From contig QPMI01000278.1 in assembly GCA_004431415.1 (NCBI GenBank), positions 1-64,000 on the forward strand: DNA of 64,000 nt, in the 5' to 3' direction. The DNA is from Cyanophora paradoxa CCMP329 (Eukaryota > Plantae > Glaucophyta). The notes under the pieces were generated by a model. It was not told the origin of the DNA. It did no database searches and saw nothing but the letters and a program-made list of their open reading frames with translations. This document shows, in pieces, positions 37,030-50,184 of this stretch; within the stretch, counting starts at the first letter, position 1; the number at the start of each line of letters is the position of its first letter. The translations under genes and the position numbers were made by a program.

Positions 37030-40000
37030 ATGTACTTCATCGTCACCGCACAACAGCGGCCAGCGCGAGAACGCCCACAGGACCACAGCATAAGATGCGA
37101 GCAAGCGTCGGGACACCCTGCCCGAGCGCCCAGACAAGCCGCCGAGACGCACGGAGCTGCGAGCGAAGACGGCCGCCAGCGAACGACACGCCAGCGGCCA
37201 GGCCCCGGATCAAAACACGCATCCGGGGACCCCAGCAGCCAGCCGAGCGAGCGCGCCTGCCCCCCGCACCGGGGCAGGCCGCGGCAGCGGGAAGCCTCGC
37301 GGCTTCCCGCTACGGACGCAGCACCGGGAGCCCGACTTCGCTCGACAAGGACACTACGAAGGACGATTTGTATACGCATCGCAATGGGAATCGTAATGCT
37401 GACCCTGCTGACCGCAGTTCTCGTTCAAACAGCTCTCGGCAACGGAACGGGATTGAAGACTGCGACAGGCGGCCGCGAACGCCACTCAACAGCCACGAAA
37501 CCGTACGAGACAATGATGCCCGAAGCGCTAGACCCCCGCGCGCGCCCGCTAGCCGCGAAAGCGCTGCTGTGCTCCAGTACCGCAGATTTGATCCGAATCG
37601 TTATGCTGCTCCCGGCCTCAACGAACGCCAGCGCCAACACAACAGAGACGCTGTGCGCCCCGCCCTGCCTCCCTGCGCTCACCGCCAGCCCGCCCGCCGC
37701 AGAATGCGCAGATCTGATCATGGGCCCTCGAGCTCACTTCATGATCAACATGACCATGTGCGACATCATCCCGCCCCCACCCGTCCCGCCCGCCTCGCCC
37801 CACCTCGCTATCACGATCGAGAAGGAAGGCCCGAGCTGCTCGGCAGCTGCGGAGTCAGGCACGAGCTGCTCGGCAGCTGCGTGGCCAGTACAAGAAGCCC
37901 CAGAGCCGCTCGGCGGCGAAAGGGAAGGCCCGAGCTGCTCGGCAGCTGCGGAGTCAGGCACGAGCTGCTTGGCAGCTGCGTGGCCAGCACAAGACGTCCC
38001 AGAGCCGCTCGGCGGCGAAAGGGAAGGCCCGAGCTGCTCGGCAGCTGCGGAGTCAGGCACGAGCTGTTCGGCAGCTGCGTGGCCAACACAAGATCCGGAT
38101 CCAGATTCGCTCGTCCGCAAATCCCGCCCTCGAGCTCTCTCTGACGAATACACTGCCCCGACCGGCCCATCGCCCCCCCCCCCCGCCCGCAGACAAACAA
38201 GCTCAAGCGCAATGGTGAACTCGAACCCGGAGCCAGTGAACCTCTGGCGCTGGACAGCGGCGGGAACGGCTCTCAAGGCGCTCCAACAAGCAGCCCCCGC
38301 GCCCCGCCCCTGCCGCGCATAATAAATCTGCTCGGAATAATCCTAATAATGTACATAGCCGAACTCCAAGGTCTCTCTAGCATGACTGTAAATACGATAA
38401 CAGCTATCATTGCCGCCTGCAGCGCTGCAAATGGAGAGGACACTAAGAACAGGGGCGAGAATCACGACGGGGAGAGGGATAAAACAAGAAGACAGATAGC
38501 AAAGAGAAAGGGACAGGAAACCCGACAGGCCCGGCGAGCCAGCAGTGCCCTCCGACTCGCCCTCCTGCTCCTGACAGGGGGAACGCAAGGGAACAGCGCC
38601 CTTGCGGCGGACAGAGTGACAAGCGGAACGTGCAAGAACACGAGCAAGCCCCGAGAATTAGCTAGCCAGACGACACCACAGAGGGCGATGCATGTAAAAC
38701 CGCTGAACTTAACTGAACTAGCGCTAGTACTAGCGATCCTACTGGCAATGGTGCAGGGAACCGCAGCAGCGCAGGGACTAGCCAAAGGTACGGTCTTCCC
38801 GAGCCTCGCGACGGGACTGGTGGCATCTTTCCTGGGCGGGGCAGCAAGGATCAAGGTACAGCTCAACGGTCAGGAGGCGGCGAAAGCGCTACAGGGACGC
38901 CTCCGGCTGCTCACCAGGAACGTCTGCTCGTTCACGGACGCGAAGCGCAGCGCCCTCCCCCGCATGGCCGAGGCGTACGGACTCGACGCAGTAGCCCTCC
39001 AGGAGATCAACCTACCCTGCCTGCGCGGGGGCAGGCCAAATCAGTGGGAAAAGATGCTGAACGCGGGGGACGAGAAGGGGATCGGGCCCTACTTCACGTC
39101 CGGCCCCCCGGCGGACAAGGAAGGCGCGCGACACAAGAAAGGAGCCCTGCTATGGATCTCGAGGCGCTGGCGCCCCTACGCGAAGGTCACGCACCGAATC
39201 CCGGGTCGCCTGGTAGCCGTCAAGCTTGAGCTCCCGAACTTCAGACAAGTGCATCTGGTCTCGGTGTACGTGCCGCCGGATAAGAACGAGAACGCGCAAA
39301 CGAAAGCAGATTACGAACAGATCATGAAGACGCTGCAGGAGCTGCACGAGCAGGTCGATCTTGACCCCTACCCCCAGCCGCTCATCGTGATGGGCGACCT
39401 GAACTCGGTCGCGGAAAGGACGAAAGACAGGATCAGCGCGGGAAGGTGGGCGACGCCGGCGGGAGCTGATCACTACGCAGAAGACCTATGGGCCAGAGTC
39501 GAGGAATGGGGGTGGAAAGACGCCTACCGGGTCGCGCAGCCGAACGCGAAGGAAGTGACGTACATCCGGGGCTCGACGGAGGGCGTGCCGGACGAGATCG
39601 AAACGGGGAGCAGAATTGACGTGATCCTGCTGAACGGGCCGGCGGCCGCAGACGGGCTGCGGGCGGGCATCGAAGTCGAGCGAGCCAACGAGTACATGGA
39701 ATCGGATCACCTGCCGATGATGGCGGACATCGACCTGACCGCCAACCTGCGCATGTTCGGGCCGGGCGCGATCAAACACAAAGACCGGCCACCCAGGTAC
39801 AACTTCAAATCGCTGTACGGACCAGGGGAAGCGAAGAAGGAGGCGAGGGCGGAGTACTACGGGATCCTAGAGGAGTACCTGAAGCCCGTATTAGACAAAT
39901 ACAAAAAGATTGAGAGGCCGAAGAGCGAAGAGGAGTGGAGGGCCTTACCGGAAGCCGCGAAACAGAAGCTAATCAAAGCGGCGGACGAAGCGTACAAAGA

Positions 40001-43000
40001 ACTGGCCGAGGAGACGGGCCGGGTGGCGGTGGAAGTAGGCTGCGCGGAAATCTTCAGCGCGCGCGACCCGGACAAGCCCCCCACGATCGCGCGACGGCAC
40101 AACATGAGCCTAAAGATGCGAAAGCTGAGACGGGCCTGGCACCGGCTGCAGCCAGAGGTCCGACTCGCGCGCCTGCAAGCGGTCAGCACAAGCCTCCCGG
40201 CCGGCCCCCTCCCCCAACCCCGCGCACCGACGGCAGAATGGCAGTACTGGCACGAAGCGCTCGGGGCGGCCATCAACCGACTGCGCCGGGAAATCCCGAA
40301 GGAGTACAAAAAGCTGAAGACGAAGAAGCGCGCGGAGTACCGGGACAAGACGAGGGAGTGGTTCAAGACGGACCCTGGCAGGTACTGGCAGGCGACGATG
40401 GGCAAAAGCACGGGGATCGTGCCCTTCGAAACGCTTGTCGAAGAAGTACCCGACCATAAAAGGCCACAAGTCCTAGCAGATGCCCCGTCAGTGCGCGGAC
40501 GCCTAAAAGAGTACTTCGAAGAGTACTGGGGAAAGCGGGATCCGAAGATCGACCAAACCCTCAAAGAGAAGCGACTATGGAAGCACATGTACAAGACCAA
40601 GACCCACCTGAAATACGAGGGAGCGATGGACGCGCCGCGATGGGCAGAGTACAACGAGAAAAGGCGAACGCTGAAGCCGACGGCCCCCGGAGACTCGAAC
40701 CTGCAGAACTCGCAGATCAAGAGCTGGCCGGAGGAGAGCGCCCCTAACGAGCTGCTCTACCTCATCATCTGCGACGCAGTCCGCCTGAGAAGGACGCCCG
40801 ACTCGTGGAACAAGGCGACAACGGTCGGAATCAGCAAGATCCCAACGTGGGACGGAAAACTGACGAACGTACGGCCCATCACGTTGCTTGAGGTGGGGGA
40901 CAAGCTCATGAAGGGGATACTGGCGGACCGCCTCCAGGACATGCTCGTGAAGCAAGGCGCGCTCAAGGGCCAGAACTCGGGCTTCCTGAAAGGAAAAACG
41001 ACGGAGGACCCCCTCTTTATCCTGCAGGGAATCCTAGAGGACGCGCACCAGTACGACAAGGAACTGTACGTCATCCTCCAGGACATCCGTCGGGCCTACG
41101 ACACGGTCAGCTGGGAGAGCATGGAGCTCGCATTCCGCAGGCTGAACATACCCGAGGAATATATAGAGCTGCACCGGTTCTCGCACATGAACAACCGCAC
41201 GAAGATACGAACGGTGCACGGAACGACGGAGGAATTCAGGAGGGAAGTGGGGCTCGCCCAGGGTGCAGTTGAGGCGCCACTTCACTGGCTCATCTTCTAC
41301 GACCCCTGCTGCACGCTCAGGACTTCGTGGCGAACAAGATGGGGGGAACGCTCGGGCCGTACGAGATGAACCGAGGAATCGCGAAGGTGACGCACACGGC
41401 CTTCGCGGACGACACGCACTGGATTGCCAAGAGCCGCGAGGGAATCGCGGAGAGGGCCCGCCTCGCCAGCGATTTCTGCGATATGCACGATATCGAGATC
41501 AGCGCCGAGAAAACGCGATACGTGACACGCAACTCGAAGTCGAGCCCGAAATACGGGCCCACGATGAACGCACCGGAGATCGGCAAGGAAGGGAAGCAGA
41601 TCAAACGAACAATGAGCGAGAACGACCCGCTCAAGGTTCTCGGCGTGTTCATGACAGTCGACCTCGACAGCCGACCCCAGATCGACTACATGAAGGAGAA
41701 GCTGCGAGCGACCGCGGCCGTGCTCAGAACAAAGACAGTGTTCGAGGAGGAGAGCGTGTACCTGGTGAACACGCTGGTGCAGGGATTCCTACGCTACGCG
41801 GTGAAGATGGCGAAGCTCAGCGATGCAGACGTCGACGAGCTGGAGCGCACCTGGCGGTCGGTAGTTAAACACCACGCGGAGCTGAGCAAAAGCGTAACAA
41901 ACGATATGATGACGTCGCCGGCGCCCTACGGCCTGTTCAACCTTCGCGCGCTGCAGCTCGAAGAACAGCTGACGACGCTGCTGGCGCAGCTGCGCGACAC
42001 GAACAGCTTAGTGGGGAAGGTACGCATGGAGCGGCTACTGGCCCTCAAAGAGGCAATGGGAACCAACCTGAATCCGCTGGAGCAGACGGAGCTGGCCCGG
42101 TACCTTCAGAAAGAGCACCTGATGGCGCACACGATACACGTGGCGGGGCGCGCGGGGTACACGATCAAGACCACCCACCCGGACCTCGCCCCGGCCGCAC
42201 CGGCGGACACGATTCAGAGCCACGTCCCGTCGCGCGACTACGCGAAGATGGCTCCCCACTTAATGGAGCGGGGACTCCTCCACGTAGCGCAGGTGAGGGC
42301 GCCGAATGGGACCCACCTCCTGCCCTGGAAGACCTGGGAAAAGGCAAGATCACGAGCGTGGAGCGAACCAGAATGGTACAGGCTCCTCCGAACGAACCTC
42401 TGCAAGGAGGGGGGCACGGAACTCAAACAAAGCCTGCGAGCGGCCGCTACGCAGTCAGTCTTCGCCAAGGGACACGACATCCGACCTGGCACCTTCGCCC
42501 TGGTAGCCAACGACACACCAGGAAACGAAGAACTCGCGCTAGTAATGAGCACGAGGACGGACTCGAACGGAACGCAAGTTGCGCGCATCGCGCACTACGT
42601 ACCCCGTGACAAGAACATTCAGGCAAACACGATCTGGGAAAAGTGCGACGGAACGTGCTGCTGGGCGAGGGAAGCGGACCCGGCGGACCCCGAAGTACGC
42701 AGCATGAACTTTGACCCCGAGACCTGCGAGTACGATGAGAGAGTAAAGGCGCTCTTCCCACTGTGGGGCGTCCGGTACGAACGTCAGACGGAAACCGACA
42801 GAGACGAGGAGCGGCCGCCGCGGGTGCGCCTGCCCCCCGAGACCGAGGAGCTGAACGCCTGGAGGACGGGCGGGATGGAGGCGATAGAATCAGATCGCGA
42901 ATCGGACATGAGCGAGGATCCCGGAGGCCCACCAAGGCCCGACGACGTAGACCCGCCGCAGGCGCAGGCTGCAGGGAGAAGCCGGTACCAACTGCGAGCC

Positions 43001-45211
43001 CGCGCAGCCCCAGTCAAGGAAGGGAAACGGGTGCAGAAGCAAAGCAAACGGAGACGGGTACAGCCGACCGCCAAGCGAGAGAGAGGGACGGAAGAGAACG
43101 ACACTCGGGAGCAGACAGCGGCCGCCCCCGAGCCGGAGGATCCCGCCGAGACCGGAGACGAAGAGGAGGAAGCGGGCCCCGAAGCGCTGCTGGGAGCGAC
43201 GATATGGCAGATCTACGAGATGCGTAAGGAAGCCATCCTGGAAGCGGGTACAGAAGGGATGCAGACCCGGATCGCCGAACGCGAAGGACAGGAGGAGTAC
43301 CGGATCGACTCCGACGGATCAACCTTCGACCTGGGCAAGGCCGGTAAGGCGAGAGCGGGGTACGCCGTATACGACCCTCAGGAACCGCACATGCAGTACG
43401 GTGGGAGGCTGCGAGGGCAGCTGTCCAATTATAAAGCCGAGCTACACGGGGCCATACTCGCGACGCTGATCGCACCGCTCAACAAGACGGTGAGGGTACA
43501 CTGCGACAACCTCTCCGTCGTACGGAACTTCGCCACCCGGGTGCGATACTACAGGCGGAAGTCAGCGCGCAAAGACACACGGGATAGCTACGAAGCAGAG
43601 TACCGGCTGTGGCGCGCGGTGATGGAGCTCCGCGGGGCAGGAAGGCGGGAGGACGCAGGAGTGGAAGTAGTGTGGGTGCCGGGCCACGACCCCAACGACG
43701 AGATCCACAAGGAAGTCGACCTGCGCGCGAAGGCAGCAGCGAACATGCCCCTCATCAACCCCACCACCGGCGAGCACATGACGTACCGGGCCGACGTACT
43801 CGTACCCCCCGAGTCCACGGGCTTCGAGCTCATCCACCAGGGCGAGCGGGTTGAGATCGACCCCTGCAGATACATCAGAATGCAACACGCGGTGCGGAGC
43901 TTCGTCAAGTGGACTCAACTGAGACGGACGGGCGAAGCCCTGCGGGACGCGCTCGGAAGCCCCAAGCAAGCGCTCGAGCTGCTGAGCGTCAAGTACTGGC
44001 ACCGCAAGATAAGCGGTTACAGGCACAAGTGGCGGGCGCACGGCGTGAAGGCGCTGATCGACGGGCTGCCACTGATGCCCGAACGCCTGCGCGACCGCCC
44101 GGACCTATACGAGGGGAAGTCAGAAGGGGAGTGCCTGCGGTGCGCCGCGAGCGAGGCCAAACCCAAGGAGACGCTGCGCCACTACCTGATCGAATGCCCC
44201 AGCCTGCCCACCGCTCACGCCCGCATCCAGAAAGCAGTTGACGAGGAGTTCCTGAAACTGTACGACAAGAAGGTCGTGGGGGCGGCGCGCAGAGCGCTCG
44301 ACGCAGCTGAGGAGGCGAAGGAGCGGGCAGAACGGTCAGAGGGCTCCGAGCAGGCCCCGAACGCCCAGGCCCGAAAGCGCAAGGCGGCGCACCTCGAGCA
44401 GCCAACCAAATCGGTGGAACAGGCGAGCCTCGACCTAGAACGCGTCTACAAGGCGCGCCCGGTAGCCGAGAAGAGCCTGTCGGCGAGAATGCGGTGCTAC
44501 GACTTCAGCCGGAGGTACGCGCACGCGCCGGAGGCGGGCAATAGCTATCCGGGCGCATGGCACGACATGCAAGGCGAGCACAAGGGTTGGCGCAGCGCGC
44601 ACGACCTGGATCACATGCGAGTACTCCAGGGCCTGCTGCCGAACGACATGGACAGAGTCTTAGTCGACCTGGGATTCGCCGAAGCAGAGACCATACCGGT
44701 CTGCCGGCAGCTGGCGGAGACGGTGCTCACGGAAGTACACAGCGAGATCTGGAAGCCGAGAAGCAAAACAACGAGCAAGCATGAGTCCCGAGTGTGGGGG
44801 ATCACGCAGGGAAGCAAGCGCGCACCGAAGGGGAACCGAGCACCGACGGTTGGCAGCGAGGCCGACCCAGATGCTGCAGGAGGACATCCCGAGGACGCTG
44901 CTGGAACGCCGAGCGCGGCAGAGGTCGGGGGAGCGACAGCGATGCAAGAAGCGGAGAATGAGAACCGGCCGGATTCGAACCCGCCCGACCAGACTCGAAT
45001 TCGAAAGCGAAAACGCGAACTCGAATCGCACCGTATCGCGGCGCGGGAACTCGATCGGATACGCGGGGAGGGCCACTGCGACCACTGCCACGAATACCAC
45101 GCCCCGGGGACAGCGTGCCACGAGACAGCAGTAGTGGAAACGCTCGCGGCGCGAGCTTTCAAGAACTACCTGAGGTACGGAGACATGGGGCGACTGCCTA
45201 AGGTATCGTAA
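37030..45211 (+). CDS. LINE polyprotein, split by two -1 shifts at C runs
   Basis: APE (LTRNV, ALQE, VYVPP, MGDLN, SRIDVIL, SDHLP); RT (RPITLLE, QDIRRAYDTV, LAQG, AFADD, LGV); RNase H (DSDGS, SNYKAELHG, HCDN, WVPGH, EVD); CLRC..ETLRHYLIEC. Frame changes fall near 38173-38184 and 41303-41306. Confidence 0.9.
37825..38093 (+). repeat. 99-bp (33-aa) tandem repeat, ~2.7 copies, in the LINE 5' coding region
   Basis: Unit starts at 37825, 37924 and 38023. It encodes EGPSCSAAAESGTSCSAAAWP. Confidence 0.95.
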
Positions 45212-45221
45212 ACAAAGCGAC

Positions 45222-45296
45222 TAGGGTCCGGCCGAGCCGCTGGAAACAGCGGCGCGTGGGGAGGGGGGCAACCCCCTCCCTGCCTGGCCGGACCTA
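45222..45296 (+). other. Predicted three-way-junction RNA structure in the LINE 3' UTR
   Basis: Closing stem ggtccggcc/ggccggacc encloses gccgctg-GAAA-cagcggc and gggaggggg-GCAA-ccccctccc. Confidence 0.8.
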
Positions 45297-45317
45297 TCCG
45301 AGCAAATTTTTTTTTTT

Positions 45318-47374
45318 GCCGGGCCCGTCGTCGTCGCCGGCGGCTCCAGCCGCCCCGGGGGCGGGGGCGGCGGCGTCGACCACGGCGCGTGCAGCGGCGT
45401 CGCCACCGGCGGCGGGGCGGCCGGCGGGGCCGGGCCGGGGCGGGGCGGCGTGGCGGGCGGCGCGGCCTCCGCCTCGTCGGGAGGGGCGCGCCAGCCCTCG
45501 TGCGGCTGCCCCGCGTCGTTTACACGGGGCTCCGGACGGGCGGAGGCGGCGGGGCGCACGGGGAGGGGAAGACGTCGGGCGGGGAGGGGCGCGGGGCCTC
45601 GGGCAGCCCCTCCACGCTCTCCCGCACCTGCGCGGCGCGCCCCGCCGGCTCAGCCGGGGAAGGCGCCGGGCGAGGGGCCAGCAAAGCGCACGAGGGGCAT
45701 GACGGGGCGGGCCGGAGAGCCCGGGCGTGCGGGGCGCGGTGCGGGCGGGGCGGGGGCGGGGCGGGCGGGCGGCGAGGAGGGCGGCGAGGCGGGCGACCTC
45801 GCGCTCGAGCAGCGGCACCTGTGGAGCCGCTCGCGCACGGCGAGCGAAGCCGGCGAGCGGGCGGGCGGGCGGCGCACGCGGTGGACGAGGGCGCGGGCGT
45901 CGGGGGCCGGCCCCGCCGCGGCGGCCGTCCGGCGGTCGGCGGCGGCCTGGCGGGCGAGCTGCGGGGCCGTCAGGGGCGTGCGGGGGGCGTGCGGGGGACG
46001 GGGCGGGGCGGGCGGCGTCGAGGTCGCGGCGGATGTCGCAGGCCTGCTCGTGGAGCGCCTGCACCAGGTCTGCGCCCCGCCCCGCCCCCTCGGCCCCGCA
46101 CGGCGGCCACGGGCGGGCCCCGGGGGCGGCGGGGCGGACCGCCGAGGTTGGCGTAGCCGGCGTTGAGCTCGAGGACCTCGCGCTGCGTCGACTGCACCGC
46201 CAGCCGCGCGTCCCGCGCCTCCCGCACCGCCCACGCCACCTCCCACGACAGCGTCTCCCGCACCGCCTCCGCCTCCCGCCCCGCCGCCTCCGCCGCCCGC
46301 TCCGCCCGCGCCGCCGCCTCCGCCGCCCCGCGCGCCTCCGCCGCGACCTGCCGCAGCGCCTCCCGCAGCGCCGCCGCCCGCTCGGCCTCGTCCGCCGCAT
46401 GGCCCGCCCCGACGGCCACCGCCGCCTGCTCGCCCGGCGGCGGCGCATGCGGCGGCTTCGCGCTGGGCGGCCGCGGCGCCGGCGGCATGGAGGCGCGCCG
46501 CTCGGGGCGGTTGGCCGCCGGGTCCCACGGCGCGCGCCCGGCCGCCGCGTCCCGCAGGTGCAGCCGCGGGGCGGTCGCCGCGATGGAGCGCGCCGAGGCC
46601 GCCGGCGTCGCCCCGCCCTCGTACGCGTGGCCCGCCAGCAAGCGAGCCCCGGCCAGCGGCGCAGGAGAGGCTCCCGGTGTCTGGCACGCGCGTGGAACGA
46701 AAAGAAGATCACGGGATCGCGGCGGGGCGCACGGAGGGGCCTGGCGAGGGCGCGAAGGAGGCGGGGGTGGCGGGCCCGGTGCGGGGCTTGAGCGGCGACG
46801 GCGAGATGTTGAACGCCCGCACCTGCGCGAGGATGAGCGGGCGAGCGGGCGAGTGGTCGCGGGGCGCGGCGCGGCGGCGCACGAAGTCGCGGCGCTCGAC
46901 GAGGCCGTCGCGGTTCGAGTCCAAGGAGCGCAGCAGCTCCTCCAGCTGCTCCGGCGCCGCCGACGGGAACATCGAGCTGCATATATCGCGGAGGAGGGCA
47001 ACGGGGACGTGGCGCTGCGTCCCCGCCTCCTGAAACAGCCTCCTGCCGGCCAGTCGCCCCCGAAAGCTCGACGAGTGCAACAGAAACCTCGTCACCCTCA
47101 CGCACCTCACGAACGGAGGCAGCTCGTCGATCTCGACGTCGTCGTCTGAATCCTCCAGCTCCTGCGCGCCGCCGCGTGAAGAAAGCCAATATTCGGAGCG
47201 CCGAGGCATCGACAGCGACATTTCGCGGTTTTCAAAACGCGAGCGGGATAATGCGGGAACCTGCGCCTTCAACCGAGCAAAGTCTTCGTCGCCCAGCGAG
47301 CCCCGCGCGCGCTCAATCGACGGCGCCGGCGACCCGCGCGCGCGCTCAGCCGGCGTCGACGGCATTGAAGGCAT
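45318..47374 (-). pseudogene. EF-hand/coiled-coil gene copy B, 3'-truncated and LINE-disrupted
   Basis: Homologous to 22936-24972. A 93-bp remnant lies at 36788-36880. It lacks the equivalent of 21647-22862. Confidence 0.8.
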
Positions 47375-47848
47375 CGAACGCAGGCGGTGGTGCTGGAAGA
47401 CAGATGTGATGATGAGCTGCGCGGCGCAACGGGGGTGAGGAATTCGAAGAGCAAGCGCGAGATGCGTTCACGGCCACATAAGCGCATGCAACCCGCTCCA
47501 GACATCTCGCGCACCCTTTCCGAGGTGCCCGAAGCGCCGTACGGCGGCGCGGGATGGCCCGCCTCCATCGCTTCCTTTTAATGCGGCACCCCCCCGGCCC
47601 CCCAGGCCCCAGGGCCCAGGAGAGCACCGAGAGCAGGCCAGGTCAGGCCTGCCAGGCAGGTCAGGCCTGCCAGGCCGGGCAGGCCCTGCCAGGCCAGGCC
47701 AGGCCGCCGTGAGGCATTGGAGGGCAGAACCGGCGCCAAGATGTCAGCGCGCCTGCAATGCTGGTGGGTCCGGCTCTGCGGTCGCTTGGCCCGCCTCCGC
47801 GCCTCGGAGGGTCCCGATCTGAGGCCGTGTTATCGCCACAGCACGGCA

Positions 47849-49679
47849 ATGCCGGATACTCTGTCATCCAACCGGGGATGGCGGGGCCGCCGGGGTGAGC
47901 CGCGGGATTCGAGACCCAGCGCCGCGTCTTCGAACGCGGTATCCGACCCGCCCGGCAGGTTCGACGCCGCGCAGGCGAAGTCGCTGTACATCGGCAACCT
48001 CTACCCCAATGTCAGCGAGGCTCTGCTCTATGACCTTTGCGCGACCTTCGGATCAGTTGAGAATGTCAAGCCGATAAAAGACAAAGCGGTTTGCACGCCC
48101 GCTGCGCTAAGAAGGCGGCGATGGAGATGCAGCGTCGCTGACGTGCGCCGCGCCGCGCGAGGAAGACCGGCAACAGTTCCGGCTACGGGTTCGTGGACTT
48201 CTACGATAATACCACAGCGGGGCTCGCCTTGCAGGCGCTGAACGGGCGATACGTCTACGGATATGTGCGTTCTGCAGTTTCGCGTCGCGCCGGCCGCCTC
48301 CCGCCCGCGTTATGACCGCCGCGGGTCGCAGGACCTGAAAGTGAACTGGGCCTTCGCCGGCGGGCAGCGGGAGGACACCTCGGGTGCGTCGCCGGCCTCC
48401 CACTCGCTCCGCGGCGGGGAAGGAACGGGCGGGGGCGGGGCAGGCCACTTCCACATCTTCGTGGGGGATCTGAGCTCGGACGTGGACGACCGGGCGCTCT
48501 TCGGCTCCTTCCAGCAGTTCGGCTCCATATCGTGCGCGCCCCGCCGCCTCTCTCCGCCTGCGCGGGGCCGCCCGCTCTGAGGCGCGGGGCCGGCGGCACA
48601 GAGACACGCGGGTGATGTGGGACCAGGCGACGGGCCGCTCCCGGGGCTACGGCTTCGTCGCCTTCCGGCTGAAGGAGGTGCCTCGTACCCCGGCGACGAC
48701 CGCGGGGCGCGGCGGCGCTGAGGCGCCCGGCAGGACGCGGAGCGGGCGATCGAGAAGATGAACGGGGAGTGGGTGGGGACGCGGCGCATCCGCGTGAACT
48801 GGGGCAACAACAAAGCGGGGGACGGGCGGCAGACGGGGGACACGCAGGACTACGCGAGCGTGGTGGCGGCGGCGCCGTCGACGAACGCCACGGTGTACGT
48901 GGGGAATCTGCCCCCCGAGGTCTCCGAGCAGAACATCCGCTCCGTCTTCTCCGGCGCGCCCGCTCGCACGCCTGCCCGCCGCGAGACGTTTTTGCGGGGC
49001 GGGGGGTGACGGTGCGCGGCGGGGCGGGGCGCAGAGAACGGGTTCAACGACATCCAGGACATCCGCATCCAGGCCGACAAGGGCTTCGCATTCGTCAAGG
49101 CCCGCCCCGCCCCCGGCCCCAGCCCCGCGCTCCTTTTCCTTCCTTTCTCTCCTCTCTGAGGGGCGCGGCAGATGGGGGACCACGAGCGCGCCGCCCGCGC
49201 CATCGTCGCCATCCACGGCCGCACCATCGCCGGCCGCTCCGCCCGCGTCCGCCCCGCCCCGCTCCGCACCGCCTTGCCCTGCCCCCCGGCCGCTTAGTCT
49301 CTCGCCCGGCGGCGCAGTGCTCGTGGGGCAAGGAGAAGCTCGGGCCGGCGACCTTCCCCAGCGGCCCGCCGCCGCCGGGCGCCTACACAACCACCGTCGC
49401 ATCCCCCGGCGTGGCCTCGTACCCCTCGGGGGGCTACTCGGTGCCGCCGGGGGCGTACGACGCGCAGGCGGCGGGGGCGTACGACCCGCAGACGGCCGCC
49501 GCCTACGCCGCGTACTACGCGCAGGTGCGCCCCGGCCCGCCCCGCCCGCCCCCGGCGCCCCCGCTGAGCCGCGCGTGCAGTACTACCCCCAGTACGCGCA
49601 GTACGCCGCCTACTACGCGGCGGCCGGTGCGGGGGACCCCGCGCAGAGCCAGGGCCCGCCGCCGCCCCCGAGCAAGTAG
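47849..49679 (+). CDS. UBP1: Three-RRM oligouridylate-binding protein (UBP1/TIA-1/PUB1 family), copy B
   Basis: Same exons and RNP motifs as copy A. The last exon reads [32 protein letters not shown]. Confidence 0.92.
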
Positions 49680-50184
49680 CCCCCGCGGCCCGTGCCACGC
49701 CCTCCACTTCCCGAGGCCCCCGCCCCCGCACCCTCCCCAGCTCCGCCTTTCGGCGCCCGCCCGAGCCTCTCTCCCCCGGCTCCCTTCCCCAGGGCCCGAC
49801 CTGCCAAAGACCTCCTATGCCCTCCCCGCCGCGCACCCTCCGCCTCCGCATCTCCACCGCGCCCGCCCCGGCCCTGCCGTCGCCGTGGCACCACCCCGCC
49901 CCTCCGCCCTACGGGCCTCACGCCCCGTCTTCCAGCCCTTGAGAGACAGCATCCGACATCGATTGTCACAAAGCCATCATATTAACTTGCAGTGCGATGT
50001 TCCGAAGTTCCATGTATTCATCAACCCACTACCGTGCATTCAGCCCGCCGGCGCCATGCATCCCATGCTCTCAGTTCCAGTGCACGGGGTCCACCTGGCT
50101 TGGCATCACTGAGTCATCAGGACTCAGTGACTCCGAGGGGGGATGAAGCCGAGGTCGGGGGTACATTGGAGCCTCGGAGGCATT

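Larger units (their letters stand above)
36881..45317 (+). mobile_element. Apparently full-length non-LTR retrotransposon (LINE), APE-RT-RNase H-CCHC, 8437 bp
   Basis: 19-bp TSD gccgggcccgtcgtcgtcg at 36862-36880 and 45318-45336, single copy at the empty site ~22936. T11 tail at 45307-45317. Intronless and purine-rich on the sense strand. Confidence 0.97.

Noticed and set aside
41290-41370. Programmed frameshift in the RT
   Set aside because: It falls mid-domain at a C4 run where one extra C restores YDPLL. A homopolymer error or inactivating deletion is more likely.
45222-45296. Hammerhead ribozyme
   Set aside because: The CUGANGA core is absent, and GAAA is a tetraloop rather than a junction strand.
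36881-45317. LINE as the cause of the segmental duplication
   Set aside because: It sits 93 bp inside unit B with its own intact TSD. The junction is separate and has its own filler, so the LINE most likely inserted independently.
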